Assembly (NCBI GenBank): GCA_964585855.1 | Contig: CAZPFK010000005.1 | Coordinates: forward strand, 1,807 to 65,806 | Reading direction: 5' to 3' | Source of the DNA: an uncultured Vicinamibacteraceae bacterium | Lineage (GTDB): Bacteria > Planctomycetota > Phycisphaerae > Phycisphaerales > UBA5793 | Length of the DNA stretch: 64,000 nt | Shown: one piece after another, positions 26,816 through 37,319 of the stretch | Layout of the letters: each line of letters starts with the position of its first letter | How positions within the stretch are numbered: position 1 is the stretch's first letter | Translations under genes and position numbers: made by a program | Notes under the pieces: generated by a model | What the model was told of the DNA's origin: nothing | The model's input: the letters and a program-made list of their open reading frames with translations, nothing else | Databases searched by the model: none

Positions 26816-27704
26816 GCCGGGTGTGGATCCGCCGATTCACCTGGTCATCCCCACGCACACGCCGCACCGGCTCGATCTGGTGCTTTTCAGCATCGCACAG
26901 CAGGTGGCGCCGCCGACGACGCTGACTGTCTCCTGTGACGTCGATGATCCGGCCATCGAGGCCGTGATCCGAAGGTCGGCGAATCGCTTCAATTTGTGCG
27001 CGCGCTATGTGCATCGGCCGCACCAGGGGACGGCCCGCATCAGCCAGGTTCGCAATAACGCCGTGCGGGCGCTTCTTGAGTCGGGAGTCGAGCCGACCGG
27101 GCGGATTCTGATCATCGACGGGGACACCTGCCTGCTTCCCGAGACCGTCGCTCTGCACGCCCGCCTCGGCGGAGTGCAGGGAATGGTCTGCGCCAGCCGG
27201 GTGATGCTCAGCCCGGAGCGATCTGATGCCTTTGACCTCGAATTGCTCGCGGCCGGGCGGCAGCGGCTGGCCCTGGAGCCGGGCGACGATCAGCCCTTGC
27301 AGGAGGCGCACCGGCGGGCGCGGATTCAGCAGTTGTTGCGGCACTTCCGGCTGGCCAAGGCGCACAAGCCCAAGATTCTCGGGGGACACTTCTCGATCCG
27401 CTTTGACCTGTATTGCGAGGTCAACGGCTGTGATGAGGAGTTTGAGGGCTACGGCATGGAGGATGATGACCTGGCCCGGAGGGCCTATCGGGCCGGGGCG
27501 GACTCGGTCGTGGCGATCCGGGACATTCCCGTGCTGCACCTGCACCACCCGACGCGGGCAGCGCGGGACTGGGCGGACAATCCGGGTTTTGCGCGCATGA
27601 AACGCCGCGATCTGCCGGTTGCCTGCCTCCGCGGCCTGCGGAACCCGATGGATCAGGACGACGTATCAATGGATGTGATAGGGCCACGGTCGGCGCTATC
27701 ATGA
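26802..27704 (+). CDS. Glycosyltransferase family 2-like.
   Basis: IHLVIPTHTPHRLDLVLFSI, ILIIDGDTCLLP (DxD) and GGHFSIRFDLYCEVNGCDEEFEGYGMEDDDLARR. ATG at 26802 inside the longer ORF 26532..27704. Confidence 0.75.
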   Translation: MSGRKPGVDPPIHLVIPTHTPHRLDLVLFSIAQQVAPPTTLTVSCDVDDPAIEAVIRRSANRFNLCARYVHRPHQGTARISQVRNNAVRALLESGVEPTGRILIIDGDTCLLPETVALHARLGGVQGMVCASRVMLSPERSDAFDLELLAAGRQRLALEPGDDQPLQEAHRRARIQQLLRHFRLAKAHKPKILGGHFSIRFDLYCEVNGCDEEFEGYGMEDDDLARRAYRAGADSVVAIRDIPVLHLHHPTRAARDWADNPGFARMKRRDLPVACLRGLRNPMDQDDVSMDVIGPRSALS

Positions 27705-27764
27705 TTGCGTGCGTCGGGGTGTTACACAGACGGTATTTGAGACTGGAAGGGACGGACAGGAATC

Positions 27765-28097
27765 ATGGGAATCACGCTGACGGAAACGGCGGCTCGCGAG
27801 ATTCAGGCGATCATTGCCCAGCAGGAGCTCAAGGCCGAGTCGGTGCGCCTGCGGGTGGGCGTCAAGGGCGGAGGTTGCTCCGGCTTCAGTTACGTGCTGG
27901 ACCTGACTGAGACGCAGCGGCCCAACGATGAGGAGCAGGAGCAGCACGGCATTCGCATCATCTGCGACCCCAAGTCGCTTCTCTATCTCGACGGGGTGAC
28001 GATCGACTTCCGGGATGAGATCATGGGCCGGGGCTTTGTCTTCAACAACCCCAACGCCTCCAGCACCTGCGGGTGCGGGTCCTCGTTCTCGGCCTGA
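27765..28097 (+). CDS. Iron-sulfur cluster insertion/assembly protein (IscA/ErpA/HesB family).
   Basis: GGGCSGFSY and a C-terminal CGCGSSF. Confidence 0.9.
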   Translation: MGITLTETAAREIQAIIAQQELKAESVRLRVGVKGGGCSGFSYVLDLTETQRPNDEEQEQHGIRIICDPKSLLYLDGVTIDFRDEIMGRGFVFNNPNASSTCGCGSSFSA

Positions 28098-28315
28098 CCG
28101 ACGTCACAGCCGCGACTTTTTCGCCACTTTCCGGGCAGGATGTGCATAAGTCCTTGCCGTTACTGGTATTGTGTACAGAATTGATGAAGACTGCCGTCGG
28201 GCTCGGTTGAGCGTGCCGACCGGGCGGTCACCTGTGTTCAGCGGTTTCATCGGGAATCACTCGATTCCGTGCCGCGATTCGACGTAGGCTTGTGGCCTGC
28301 GAGATCGGTTGAGAA

Positions 28316-28714
28316 GTGGAAGTTGAGATTCAGATGTCCGAGGCGCGCAATCCGAAGGCATCGCCCGGAGCCCCTGCGCCGGCGGCGCCGGTGTACCACA
28401 CCCCTGCGGACATGACCGATGAGGATTCCATCCGACGGATGGTCCGCTGGGGTGAACGGGCGCTGGAACGGGGATACCGCGCGCTGGTCGTCGATATGTC
28501 CGCCATGCGCGACGTTAACTCCGCACTCCTGGCCGGCCTGATTCTCCTGAGCCGGCGAACCCGCCCGCTGGGAGCGCAGGTGCGGCTGGTCGGAGCGCCG
28601 GCCCGCTTTGAATCGCTGATGAAGGTCTACCGGGTCGACGATCCGCTCAGCCAGGCTGGGGTCTACCTCGACCGCGACGGTGAGAAAGACCCCCCACAGA
28701 CCGAGCACTCCTGA
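28316..28714 (+). CDS. STAS-domain protein (anti-sigma-factor-antagonist-like).
   Basis: LVVDMSAMRDVNSALLAGLILLSRRTRPLGAQVRLVGAPARFESLMKVYRVDD. An alternative ATG lies at 28334. Confidence 0.7.
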   Translation: MEVEIQMSEARNPKASPGAPAPAAPVYHTPADMTDEDSIRRMVRWGERALERGYRALVVDMSAMRDVNSALLAGLILLSRRTRPLGAQVRLVGAPARFESLMKVYRVDDPLSQAGVYLDRDGEKDPPQTEHS

Positions 28715-28719
28715 AGACC

Positions 28720-30138
28720 TCAGGCAATGGCCGGCTCCGCCGCTGATCTCTCCGGCTCCATGACTGCCTTTTCAGGCGTCTCGCGACGTTGAACGGTGAC
28801 GACGAGGATGTCATCCAGCGATGAGCCGTTGCGGTAGCGTCGCACCGCTTCAGGAACGAACTCCACCAACGGACCGCCCTCCTGCAGATCCCAGGCCGCG
28901 ACGATCCGCTCCAGCCCGTCGATTCCCAGCTGGCGGCCGCGTGCGTCGGCGGCCTCACAGGCCCCATCGGTGTAGAGCAGCAGCGTGTCGCCGGCTTCGA
29001 GGGTGAGCGATTGTGAGTCGGCCTCGAACTCCCCATCGTCGCAGACGCCAAGCAGGAAGGTCGTCGAGTTGAGCCGTTCCACGCGGCCGTCGCGGCGGCG
29101 CAGCAATGCGGGCGGGTGACCGCAGTTGCACCACTCGAGCCGACCCTCGCGGTCGAGGGTGAGCCAGAAGCCGGTTGCGAAGATGCCGTGGCGCGCCAGT
29201 GTGAGGGTGAGGTAGCGGTTGAGCCGGCAGATGAGGTCAACCGCAGCGCGGCCGGGGTTCTCGGCCAGGAGCCGGTCGAGTTCACCGATAATGCGATTGA
29301 CGGTCAGCGCGGCGCTGATGCCGTGCCCGGTGACGTCGATGAGGGCGATGTGGTGCCGGCCCTCCGGATCGCGATGGTAGTGGACGAAGTCGCCGCCGAT
29401 CTGCCGCATGGGCTCATATGAGTAGACGAATTCGAGGTCGCGGAGGCGCATGGGCGGGGGGAAGCGCGTCTCGTGAATCTTGCGCGCATCCAGCAGGGTG
29501 CGTCGGGCGGTATCGACACGCCGGCGCAGGACAACGAGGTTGAGCAGGGCGCTCAGTCGCCGGAATCGCCAGGCGCACAGCAGCAGCCCCGCGGTGCTGA
29601 GCAGTGCCGCCGATCCAGCAGAACTGATGACGGTGGTGGAGCCGGGCGTGTAGGTGATGGCGACGGCGACAAACCAGAGGGGGTAGATGATCAGCAGGGG
29701 GGCGAAGGCCTGCCGGGTGCGCCAGGGAAGCACGGCGCAGGACATCACATGGATGATCGAGAGGATGACAATCGAACGCGAGAGCGCGCCTTCCACGAAG
29801 GTGTCATCGGTCGCCCAGGCGCCGATCGAGCCGGCCAGCAGCAGAATCGCAATGCCGGCCAGGTCGAGGTAGGCGGCGGTCAGGATGCGATCGTTGCCGG
29901 AGCGACGCAGCCCCAGCGCGGTGAAGGCCACCAGGAGCATGGCTGCGAGGTGGGAGGCCAGGAGGATGACGGGGCCGAGAGAGATCGGCGCCCCTTCGGG
30001 CAGACTGAAGATGCGAAAGAGAAAGACCGAAGCGCCCAGGGCAAGAAAGAGAATCCACCCCGCCGAGAGCCAGAGGAAGCGGCGGCGCAGCAACACTCCG
30101 AACTCCCGGTCAACGTCGGCTCCCGGAAGGCGGGTCAT
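28720..30138 (-). CDS. Membrane-bound SpoIIE/PP2C-family serine phosphatase.
   Basis: About 8 N-terminal TM segments. GGDFVHYH...IALIDVTGHGISAALTV and LLLYTDGACEA. The start overlaps the upstream stop (ATGA at 30135-30138). Confidence 0.85.
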   Translation of the reverse strand: MTRLPGADVDREFGVLLRRRFLWLSAGWILFLALGASVFLFRIFSLPEGAPISLGPVILLASHLAAMLLVAFTALGLRRSGNDRILTAAYLDLAGIAILLLAGSIGAWATDDTFVEGALSRSIVILSIIHVMSCAVLPWRTRQAFAPLLIIYPLWFVAVAITYTPGSTTVISSAGSAALLSTAGLLLCAWRFRRLSALLNLVVLRRRVDTARRTLLDARKIHETRFPPPMRLRDLEFVYSYEPMRQIGGDFVHYHRDPEGRHHIALIDVTGHGISAALTVNRIIGELDRLLAENPGRAAVDLICRLNRYLTLTLARHGIFATGFWLTLDREGRLEWCNCGHPPALLRRRDGRVERLNSTTFLLGVCDDGEFEADSQSLTLEAGDTLLLYTDGACEAADARGRQLGIDGLERIVAAWDLQEGGPLVEFVPEAVRRYRNGSSLDDILVVTVQRRETPEKAVMEPERSAAEPAIA

Positions 30139-31586
30139 GGCGTCGCTCCTGCGGGAACTGGCGTCCGGGGGCGGGCGTCCGATGCGACACTGACCGGGGC
30201 GATCTCGGCAGCGACAATGAGCAGGTCCTGACCGGGCGGGCGATCCGTATCGCGGAAGGCGTCAAGACGGCGAAGCAGTTCCTGCGGCCAGCGGCGGGCC
30301 GGATGCGCCGGCATCGATTCGATGATCCGCCGCAAGCCCCTGAATCCCAGAACGCGGTTGTCAGCGTTGACCTCCGAGACGGCACCGTCGGAGACGGCCA
30401 GCAGCACATCGCCGGGCCCGAGGCGAGTGTGGCGCGTGGCGTGGTCGGCGGTGCAGCCCGGCTCCGCGCCGAGGGTCCATGAAGTTGATTCGAGCTGTTC
30501 GACGCCGCCGCCGCAACGGACGACAAACGCCGGGAGGTGGCCCGCGCCGGCCCACTCCAGTGTGCCGCCGGGAGTCATTCGGAAGCACATGGCGACGGCA
30601 AAGACGCCGTGCGGGGCCAGGGTGAGGTCGGCGTAATGGTTGAGGGCCTCGATGGCTTCGCCAGGGCGGTCGGCAAGCCCTTCGGCCGAGAGCCGTTCGA
30701 GTTCGCCGTGAATGCGGTTGACGGTGAGCGCTGCGGCGATGCCGTCGCCGGTGACGTCGAGGACGACGAGATTCAGTGAGCCGTCGGGCAACGTGGCCGC
30801 GTGCAGGTAATCACCGCCGATTCCGCTGCGCGGCCGATCGAGGAAGTTGAATCGGATGGGGCCGTCGAGGACTGGTGCGGGAAAGATGGCGGCGTGGATG
30901 GCCTGGGCATCGAAGAGTTCGCGTTGAAAGCCCTCGTCAAGGCGGCTGAGGACGCCGGTCTCGAATCGCTGACCGAAGGAGCGGTGGCGCCAGCGGCAGA
31001 AGAGCAGGCCCATGCCGAGGAAGAAGGCGCCGATGAGGCCGTTGCCGATGAGGGTTCCGATGGTGACCTGCTCGGCAAAGAGGAGTGTGGCGACAGCCCA
31101 GATGAGCCACAGGGCAATCGCGGGCTGAGCGGCCTGAAGCGGTGACCAGGGCAGCACGAGGCAGGCGAGGAAGTGGGAGAAGACGCTCAGGAGGAATCCC
31201 GGCGCCTGATCGACGCCGGAGGCAATACCGAAAGCGCGCGGCAGGAAGCGCGTCATCACGGTGACCGTCGCCACGGCGATGATGATCCAGAAGACCAGGC
31301 GGATCAACTCGGCGCGCCCGGTCAGGCGAGTGGCTCCCAGCCACAGGCCAAGCGCCAGGATCGCCGTCACGACGGTGCGCTCGATGAGCGTGACAGCGTC
31401 GGTCTGAATGGTGAGGCCGGCCGGCAGCCCGACAATCACCTCCCAGGCGAGCCCGATTCCGATGGCGGTCAGGAGGAGGATGTTGAATCCGAGCCAGAGC
31501 CCGACCCAGAGGGTGAAGCGTTGCCGGAAGAAGTCGGACAGCGCCGCTTCAAATTCAGCCGACATCCCCGGATCGCGCTGGTCCAT
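30135..31586 (-). CDS. Membrane-bound SpoIIE/PP2C-family serine phosphatase (paralog of 28720..30138).
   Basis: Multi-TM N-terminus. GGDYLHAA...LVVLDVTGDGIAAALTV and VLLAVSDGAVSE. Starts 9 nt downstream of the eno stop. Confidence 0.85.
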   Translation of the reverse strand: MDQRDPGMSAEFEAALSDFFRQRFTLWVGLWLGFNILLLTAIGIGLAWEVIVGLPAGLTIQTDAVTLIERTVVTAILALGLWLGATRLTGRAELIRLVFWIIIAVATVTVMTRFLPRAFGIASGVDQAPGFLLSVFSHFLACLVLPWSPLQAAQPAIALWLIWAVATLLFAEQVTIGTLIGNGLIGAFFLGMGLLFCRWRHRSFGQRFETGVLSRLDEGFQRELFDAQAIHAAIFPAPVLDGPIRFNFLDRPRSGIGGDYLHAATLPDGSLNLVVLDVTGDGIAAALTVNRIHGELERLSAEGLADRPGEAIEALNHYADLTLAPHGVFAVAMCFRMTPGGTLEWAGAGHLPAFVVRCGGGVEQLESTSWTLGAEPGCTADHATRHTRLGPGDVLLAVSDGAVSEVNADNRVLGFRGLRRIIESMPAHPARRWPQELLRRLDAFRDTDRPPGQDLLIVAAEIAPVSVASDARPRTPVPAGATP

Positions 31587-31595
31587 GGGTCACGC

Positions 31596-32918
<1,323 letters not shown>

Positions 32919-32945
32919 TTATCGCGTCTTCGGTCGCGGCGCTTC

Positions 32946-33899
32946 TCAGGCGCTGCAGGGGTGTTTCGGAGGTTCGCCGCTGAGCACGGCCCAGAGGTCG
33001 TAGACCACCTCGCTCATCCGCCGGCCCGCGGTCTCGGTCTTGCCGGCCATGTGCGGCAGCAGGCGGCAGTTGCGCAGCCCGAGCAGGGGCGAGTCGGCGG
33101 GAAAGGGCTCGGGGTCGTGCACATCCAGCCAGGCGGAGGCGTCGGGATGAGTCCTTAGAAAATCGGCGAGGGCTATAGCGTCGATAATGTGGCCGCGCGC
33201 TGTGTTGATCACAATCAGATCGGCTTTGGCCCTGGTCAGAGCCGAACGCGAGACCTGGCCGCGATTCTCCGCCCGCCCGTCCACATGGATCGAGAGAATG
33301 TCCGACTCCTCAAACAGGGTCTCCTTCGTCACGGGCTCAGCGCCGAAGCGGAGGTTGGGGGGGACCTCGATGATGTCGTGGTAGATCGTGCGCATGCCCA
33401 GCGACCGCGCGACCTCGGCGACCCTTCGGCCGATGCGTCCCAGGCCGAGCACCCCGAGGATCATCTCATCGAGCTGGCGCGGGGCGCGGCCCTGATCGCG
33501 AAGGGCCTCCCATTCAGCCAGCGGCAGCGCGGTCTCCAGAGCCGTCACGGGTCGAAGCGCGTGCAGCATGATGCTGAAGACGTACTCGACGACGGCCTGC
33601 CGGTTGGCGTCGGGCGTGTTGACGACGGTGATGCCGCGCGCGGCACAGGCGGCGACGTCGATGTTCTCGATGCCGACTCCGGCCCGACCCACGACCTTCA
33701 GCCGCGGCGCGCTTCGCAGGAGCGTTTCGGTCACACGGGTGTAGGTGCGGACGACAAGCCCCTCGGCCAATGAGAGGTAGGCCGGCAGGGAAGGATCGTC
33801 GGGGGCGGAGCGAATGACCTCGGCCCGTTCGGCCAGCCAGCGAAGGCAGGAGTCGTGCAGCGGCTCAGTCTGGACCACGATGGGGCGGGGCGGGGTCAT
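32946..33899 (-). CDS. D-isomer-specific 2-hydroxyacid dehydrogenase (phosphoglycerate dehydrogenase-like).
   Basis: NAD fold GVLGLGRIGRRVAEVARSLGM, VINTARG and a late HMAG catalytic histidine. Confidence 0.85.
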   Translation of the reverse strand: MTPPRPIVVQTEPLHDSCLRWLAERAEVIRSAPDDPSLPAYLSLAEGLVVRTYTRVTETLLRSAPRLKVVGRAGVGIENIDVAACAARGITVVNTPDANRQAVVEYVFSIMLHALRPVTALETALPLAEWEALRDQGRAPRQLDEMILGVLGLGRIGRRVAEVARSLGMRTIYHDIIEVPPNLRFGAEPVTKETLFEESDILSIHVDGRAENRGQVSRSALTRAKADLIVINTARGHIIDAIALADFLRTHPDASAWLDVHDPEPFPADSPLLGLRNCRLLPHMAGKTETAGRRMSEVVYDLWAVLSGEPPKHPCSA

Positions 33900-33955
33900 G
33901 GGCAGTGATGGTAGACGGGCGTCCGGCGCAGTCAGGATCGACTACCATCCCGCCG

Positions 33956-35173
33956 ATGCGGATTCTCCACATCTCAACGCGACTGATCCTGGGCGGCTCG
34001 CAGGAGAACACCGTGCTCTCCTGTGAAGGGCAGGCCCTGGCCGGACACGAGGTGCATCTGGCGTACGGCCCGATTTACGGCCCGGAGGGGTCGCTGCGGG
34101 ACCGCGTGGAGGCGTTTCGCACCGACGACGGGCGAGGAGTCACGTTGCACCTGCTGCCGCACATGGTGCGGGAGATCGCCCCGTGGTCGGACTGGCGCGC
34201 CCGGCGGGAGTGCCGACGGCTGATCCGCACCCTCAAGCCCGATGTGGTGCATACGCATTCCAGCAAGGCGGGCGTGCTTGGTCGCGCTGCGGGCTGGAAG
34301 GAGGGGGGGCGAGGGGGCCGGCCGGCGGTGGTGCACACGATCCACGGTCTGCCCTTTCATCCATACCAGTCGAGGGCGGTCAACGCGCTCTATGTGGCCT
34401 CGGAGCGATTTGCAGCCCGGCGGTGTCATCGCCTGGTGACTGTCTGCGATGCCATGCGCGAGCAGGCGCTGGCGGCAGGCGTGGGGCGGCGGGAGCAGTA
34501 CCAGACCATCTATTCGGGGATGGAAGTTGAGGCGTTTCTTGAGGCCTCCCTGCGCCGGACGGAGGCGAGACGGGCTCTTGAGATTGCCGAGAGCGATTTC
34601 GTCATCGGAACGGTGGCGCGACTGGCGGAACTCAAAGGCCACGATGACCTGCTTGATGCGCTCGGGGAGACGCTGGCGCGGCATCCTGACTGGAAACTCC
34701 TCTGGGTCGGCGACGGGTGGTGGCGGGAGCGGCTTGAGGGGCGAATCGCCGAACTGGGAATCTCCGATCAGGTGATGCTCACCGGGCTTGTGCCGCCCGA
34801 GCGGGTGCCGATGCTGATGGCCGCGATGGATGTGCTGGTGCATCCATCCTACCGGGAGGGTCTTCCGCGCACGGTTCCGCAGGCGCTGCTGGCGGGGACG
34901 CCGGTCGTCGCCTACGACCTCGACGGGACGCCGGAAGTCTGCATCGACGGGGAGACGGGCCGGCTGGTGCGGGCCGGCGACCTTGCGGGCCTGCGGGAGG
35001 CGGTGGTGTGGATGGCCGACAACCCCGGACTTCGGCGGCAGATGGCGGCGCGGGGGCAGGAGCAGTGCCGCGAGCGTTTCAGCGCGGAGCGGATGGTGGA
35101 CGATCTGCTGGCGCTGTATCAGTCGCTGCTGGAGGAGAAGTCTCCCAGCACGCGCGGCAGCGCAGCGCGGTAG
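33956..35173 (+). CDS. Glycosyltransferase family 4.
   Basis: MRILHISTRLILGGSQENT, VVHTHSSKAG and VLVHPSYREGLPRTVPQALLAGTPVV. The ORF opens at 33905. Confidence 0.85.
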   Translation: MRILHISTRLILGGSQENTVLSCEGQALAGHEVHLAYGPIYGPEGSLRDRVEAFRTDDGRGVTLHLLPHMVREIAPWSDWRARRECRRLIRTLKPDVVHTHSSKAGVLGRAAGWKEGGRGGRPAVVHTIHGLPFHPYQSRAVNALYVASERFAARRCHRLVTVCDAMREQALAAGVGRREQYQTIYSGMEVEAFLEASLRRTEARRALEIAESDFVIGTVARLAELKGHDDLLDALGETLARHPDWKLLWVGDGWWRERLEGRIAELGISDQVMLTGLVPPERVPMLMAAMDVLVHPSYREGLPRTVPQALLAGTPVVAYDLDGTPEVCIDGETGRLVRAGDLAGLREAVVWMADNPGLRRQMAARGQEQCRERFSAERMVDDLLALYQSLLEEKSPSTRGSAAR

Positions 35174-35697
35174 CGCTCGTACATCGACTCCAGCGAGGCG
35201 CTGGCGACGCGGATCTCGCCGACTGCGGTCATGAAGTTGGTGTCGCCGCCCCAGCGCGGCACGGCGTGGGCGTGCAGGTGCTCGGGAACGCCGGCCCCCG
35301 CCGCCCGCCCCTGGTTGATGCCGATGTTGACGCCCTGGGGGTTGAGCGTCTCCTCGACAAGGGCGACGGCAAGGTCTACGAGGCGCCAGAGCGCAGCACG
35401 CTGATCGGGCGCGTAATCCAGGAGTCGCGGCCGGGCGTCGCCGAGTGCGATCAGGAGATGGCCGTTGCTGTAGGGGTAGCGATTGAGCAGGATGAAGCCG
35501 ACCTCATCGCGATGCACGACGAAATTGACAGGATCGTTGTGCGGATGTGTCCAGTATTCGGCCAGGAAGTTCTGCGGCGGCTGACCTGTGTCCTTGAGGC
35601 CCCGCGCCGCGGCGGCGTGGTCGTCCTTGAGGCCTTCGAGATAGGCCAGTCTCCACGGGGCCCAGAGGTTCTGGATCTTCATCGTTCTGACTGACAC
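35119..35697 (-). CDS. HIT-family nucleotide hydrolase/transferase.
   Basis: Histidine triad HLHAHAVPRW and NRYPYSNGHLLI. Start is GTG at 35697 or ATG at 35682. The 3' end overlaps the convergent GT4 gene by 55 nt. Confidence 0.8.
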   Translation of the reverse strand: MSVRTMKIQNLWAPWRLAYLEGLKDDHAAAARGLKDTGQPPQNFLAEYWTHPHNDPVNFVVHRDEVGFILLNRYPYSNGHLLIALGDARPRLLDYAPDQRAALWRLVDLAVALVEETLNPQGVNIGINQGRAAGAGVPEHLHAHAVPRWGGDTNFMTAVGEIRVASASLESMYERYRAALPRVLGDFSSSSD

Positions 35698-35776
35698 CTT
35701 TCTGTCCCGCCGCTACACTTCGCGTTCCCCGGCCGAGCGGTATTCGGCTCGGGAACAATGATAGTTCCGCCGCAGC

Positions 35777-37312
35777 ATGGACCTGCGGCAGCCACAGACT
35801 GATGGAGGACATCGCTTGTATCGCAGCATCAGGACCACGACGTCAACGGCACGCCCCGACGCGATTGTGCATTTCATCTTCTCCGACGGCAAGCCGAGTG
35901 CCGACCTGACCTCCATCGATGACCGTGACTACGGCGGGGCGATCGCCCGGGCGCTGGCCTCGGGCAGCCGGCGCGGCGACTCCGGGCGCGTGACGGTCGT
36001 GCCGCCGCTGAAGAAGGGGGGCGCCTCGGCGGTTGTCGTCGGTCTGGGTGAGGCGAAGTCGCTTAACGGAAACACGCTCCGATCCGCCGGCGCTGCGCTG
36101 GGTCGCTCACTGGACTCTCTTGCCGCCGGAAGTGCGACGCTGGAGACGCCGGCGCACAAGGCGATGACGATGAAGGCGGCCGAGATCGGTTCAGCGCTTG
36201 GAGAGGGCATCGGCCTGGGGTGTTTCAGCTTCACGGCATTCAAGAAGTCAACGCTCAAGGATGAGAAGGCGCGCACGCTGGCGCTTCGCGGCTCGCACAA
36301 GGTCCTCACCGACGGGCTGAAGCGGGGGCTGGCCTTTGCCGAATCCGCCAATTTCTGCCGTACGCTGGCCGCGACGCCTCCCAACATCGCGACGACGACA
36401 GGGATCGCCCAGGAGGCGATGAAACTGGCTCGAAAGAGTTCGGCCGTGAAGTGCCGCGTGCTCAAGGGTGAGGTGATCCGCAAGCACCGCTTCGTCGGGC
36501 TGGAGAATGTCGGCAAGGCCTCAGAGAACGCGCCGTGCATGATCGAGCTGACCTACACCCCGCCGCGTGCCGGCAAGTCCGCCGCGACCGTCCTGCTGGT
36601 CGGCAAGACGATCTGTTACGACACGGGCGGCCTCTCGCTGAAGATCAGCAACGGTATGAAGGGCATGAAGTACGACAAGAACGGCGGCATGGCGGTGCTC
36701 GGCGCGATGCACGCCATCGCAACCGGCGCGGTCAAGCCCCGGTGCAAGGTCGTGGCACTGCTGCCGGCTGCCGAGAACTCCATCTCCGATGAGGCGTATC
36801 GCCCCGACGACATCATCGAGTATCCAAACGGCGTCTTCGTGGAAGTGACCAACACCGACGCCGAGGGCCGCCTCGTGCTGGCTGATGCGCTGGTTTTCGG
36901 CGAGAAGACGCACAAGCCCGATGCAATCATCGATCTGGCAACGCTCACCGGCGGCGTCGTTGTGGCGCTTGGCGATATCTGCGCCGGCCTCTTCTGCAAT
37001 GACGACAAACTCCGAGGAAAGGTTGAGGCGGCGGCCGAGGCCTCCGGTGAAGCCGTCTGGCGGCTGCCGCTCAACGAGGAGTATCGGGAGATGATGAAGA
37101 GCAAGCACGCCGACATCTGGAACAGCGCGCCAGTGCGCCACGCCCACCCGATTCAGGGCGCGGCCTTCCTGAGCTACTTCGTCGGAAAGACGCCCTGGGC
37201 CCACCTCGATATCGCCGGCGTCTCCGCCCTCGATCGCGACAAAGGGCCGTTCCCGGCCGGGCCGACGGGCTTTGGCGTCCGCCTGCTGGCAAACCTGCTG
37301 GAAAACTGGTGA
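35777..37312 (+). CDS. pepA: Leucyl aminopeptidase (M17).
   Basis: NTDAEGRLVLADAL, VGKTICYDTGG and DLATLTGG. An in-frame TTG at 35816 with GGAGGA 6 nt upstream is a plausible alternative start. Confidence 0.9.
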   Translation: MDLRQPQTDGGHRLYRSIRTTTSTARPDAIVHFIFSDGKPSADLTSIDDRDYGGAIARALASGSRRGDSGRVTVVPPLKKGGASAVVVGLGEAKSLNGNTLRSAGAALGRSLDSLAAGSATLETPAHKAMTMKAAEIGSALGEGIGLGCFSFTAFKKSTLKDEKARTLALRGSHKVLTDGLKRGLAFAESANFCRTLAATPPNIATTTGIAQEAMKLARKSSAVKCRVLKGEVIRKHRFVGLENVGKASENAPCMIELTYTPPRAGKSAATVLLVGKTICYDTGGLSLKISNGMKGMKYDKNGGMAVLGAMHAIATGAVKPRCKVVALLPAAENSISDEAYRPDDIIEYPNGVFVEVTNTDAEGRLVLADALVFGEKTHKPDAIIDLATLTGGVVVALGDICAGLFCNDDKLRGKVEAAAEASGEAVWRLPLNEEYREMMKSKHADIWNSAPVRHAHPIQGAAFLSYFVGKTPWAHLDIAGVSALDRDKGPFPAGPTGFGVRLLANLLENW

Positions 37313-37319
37313 TCTGAGG

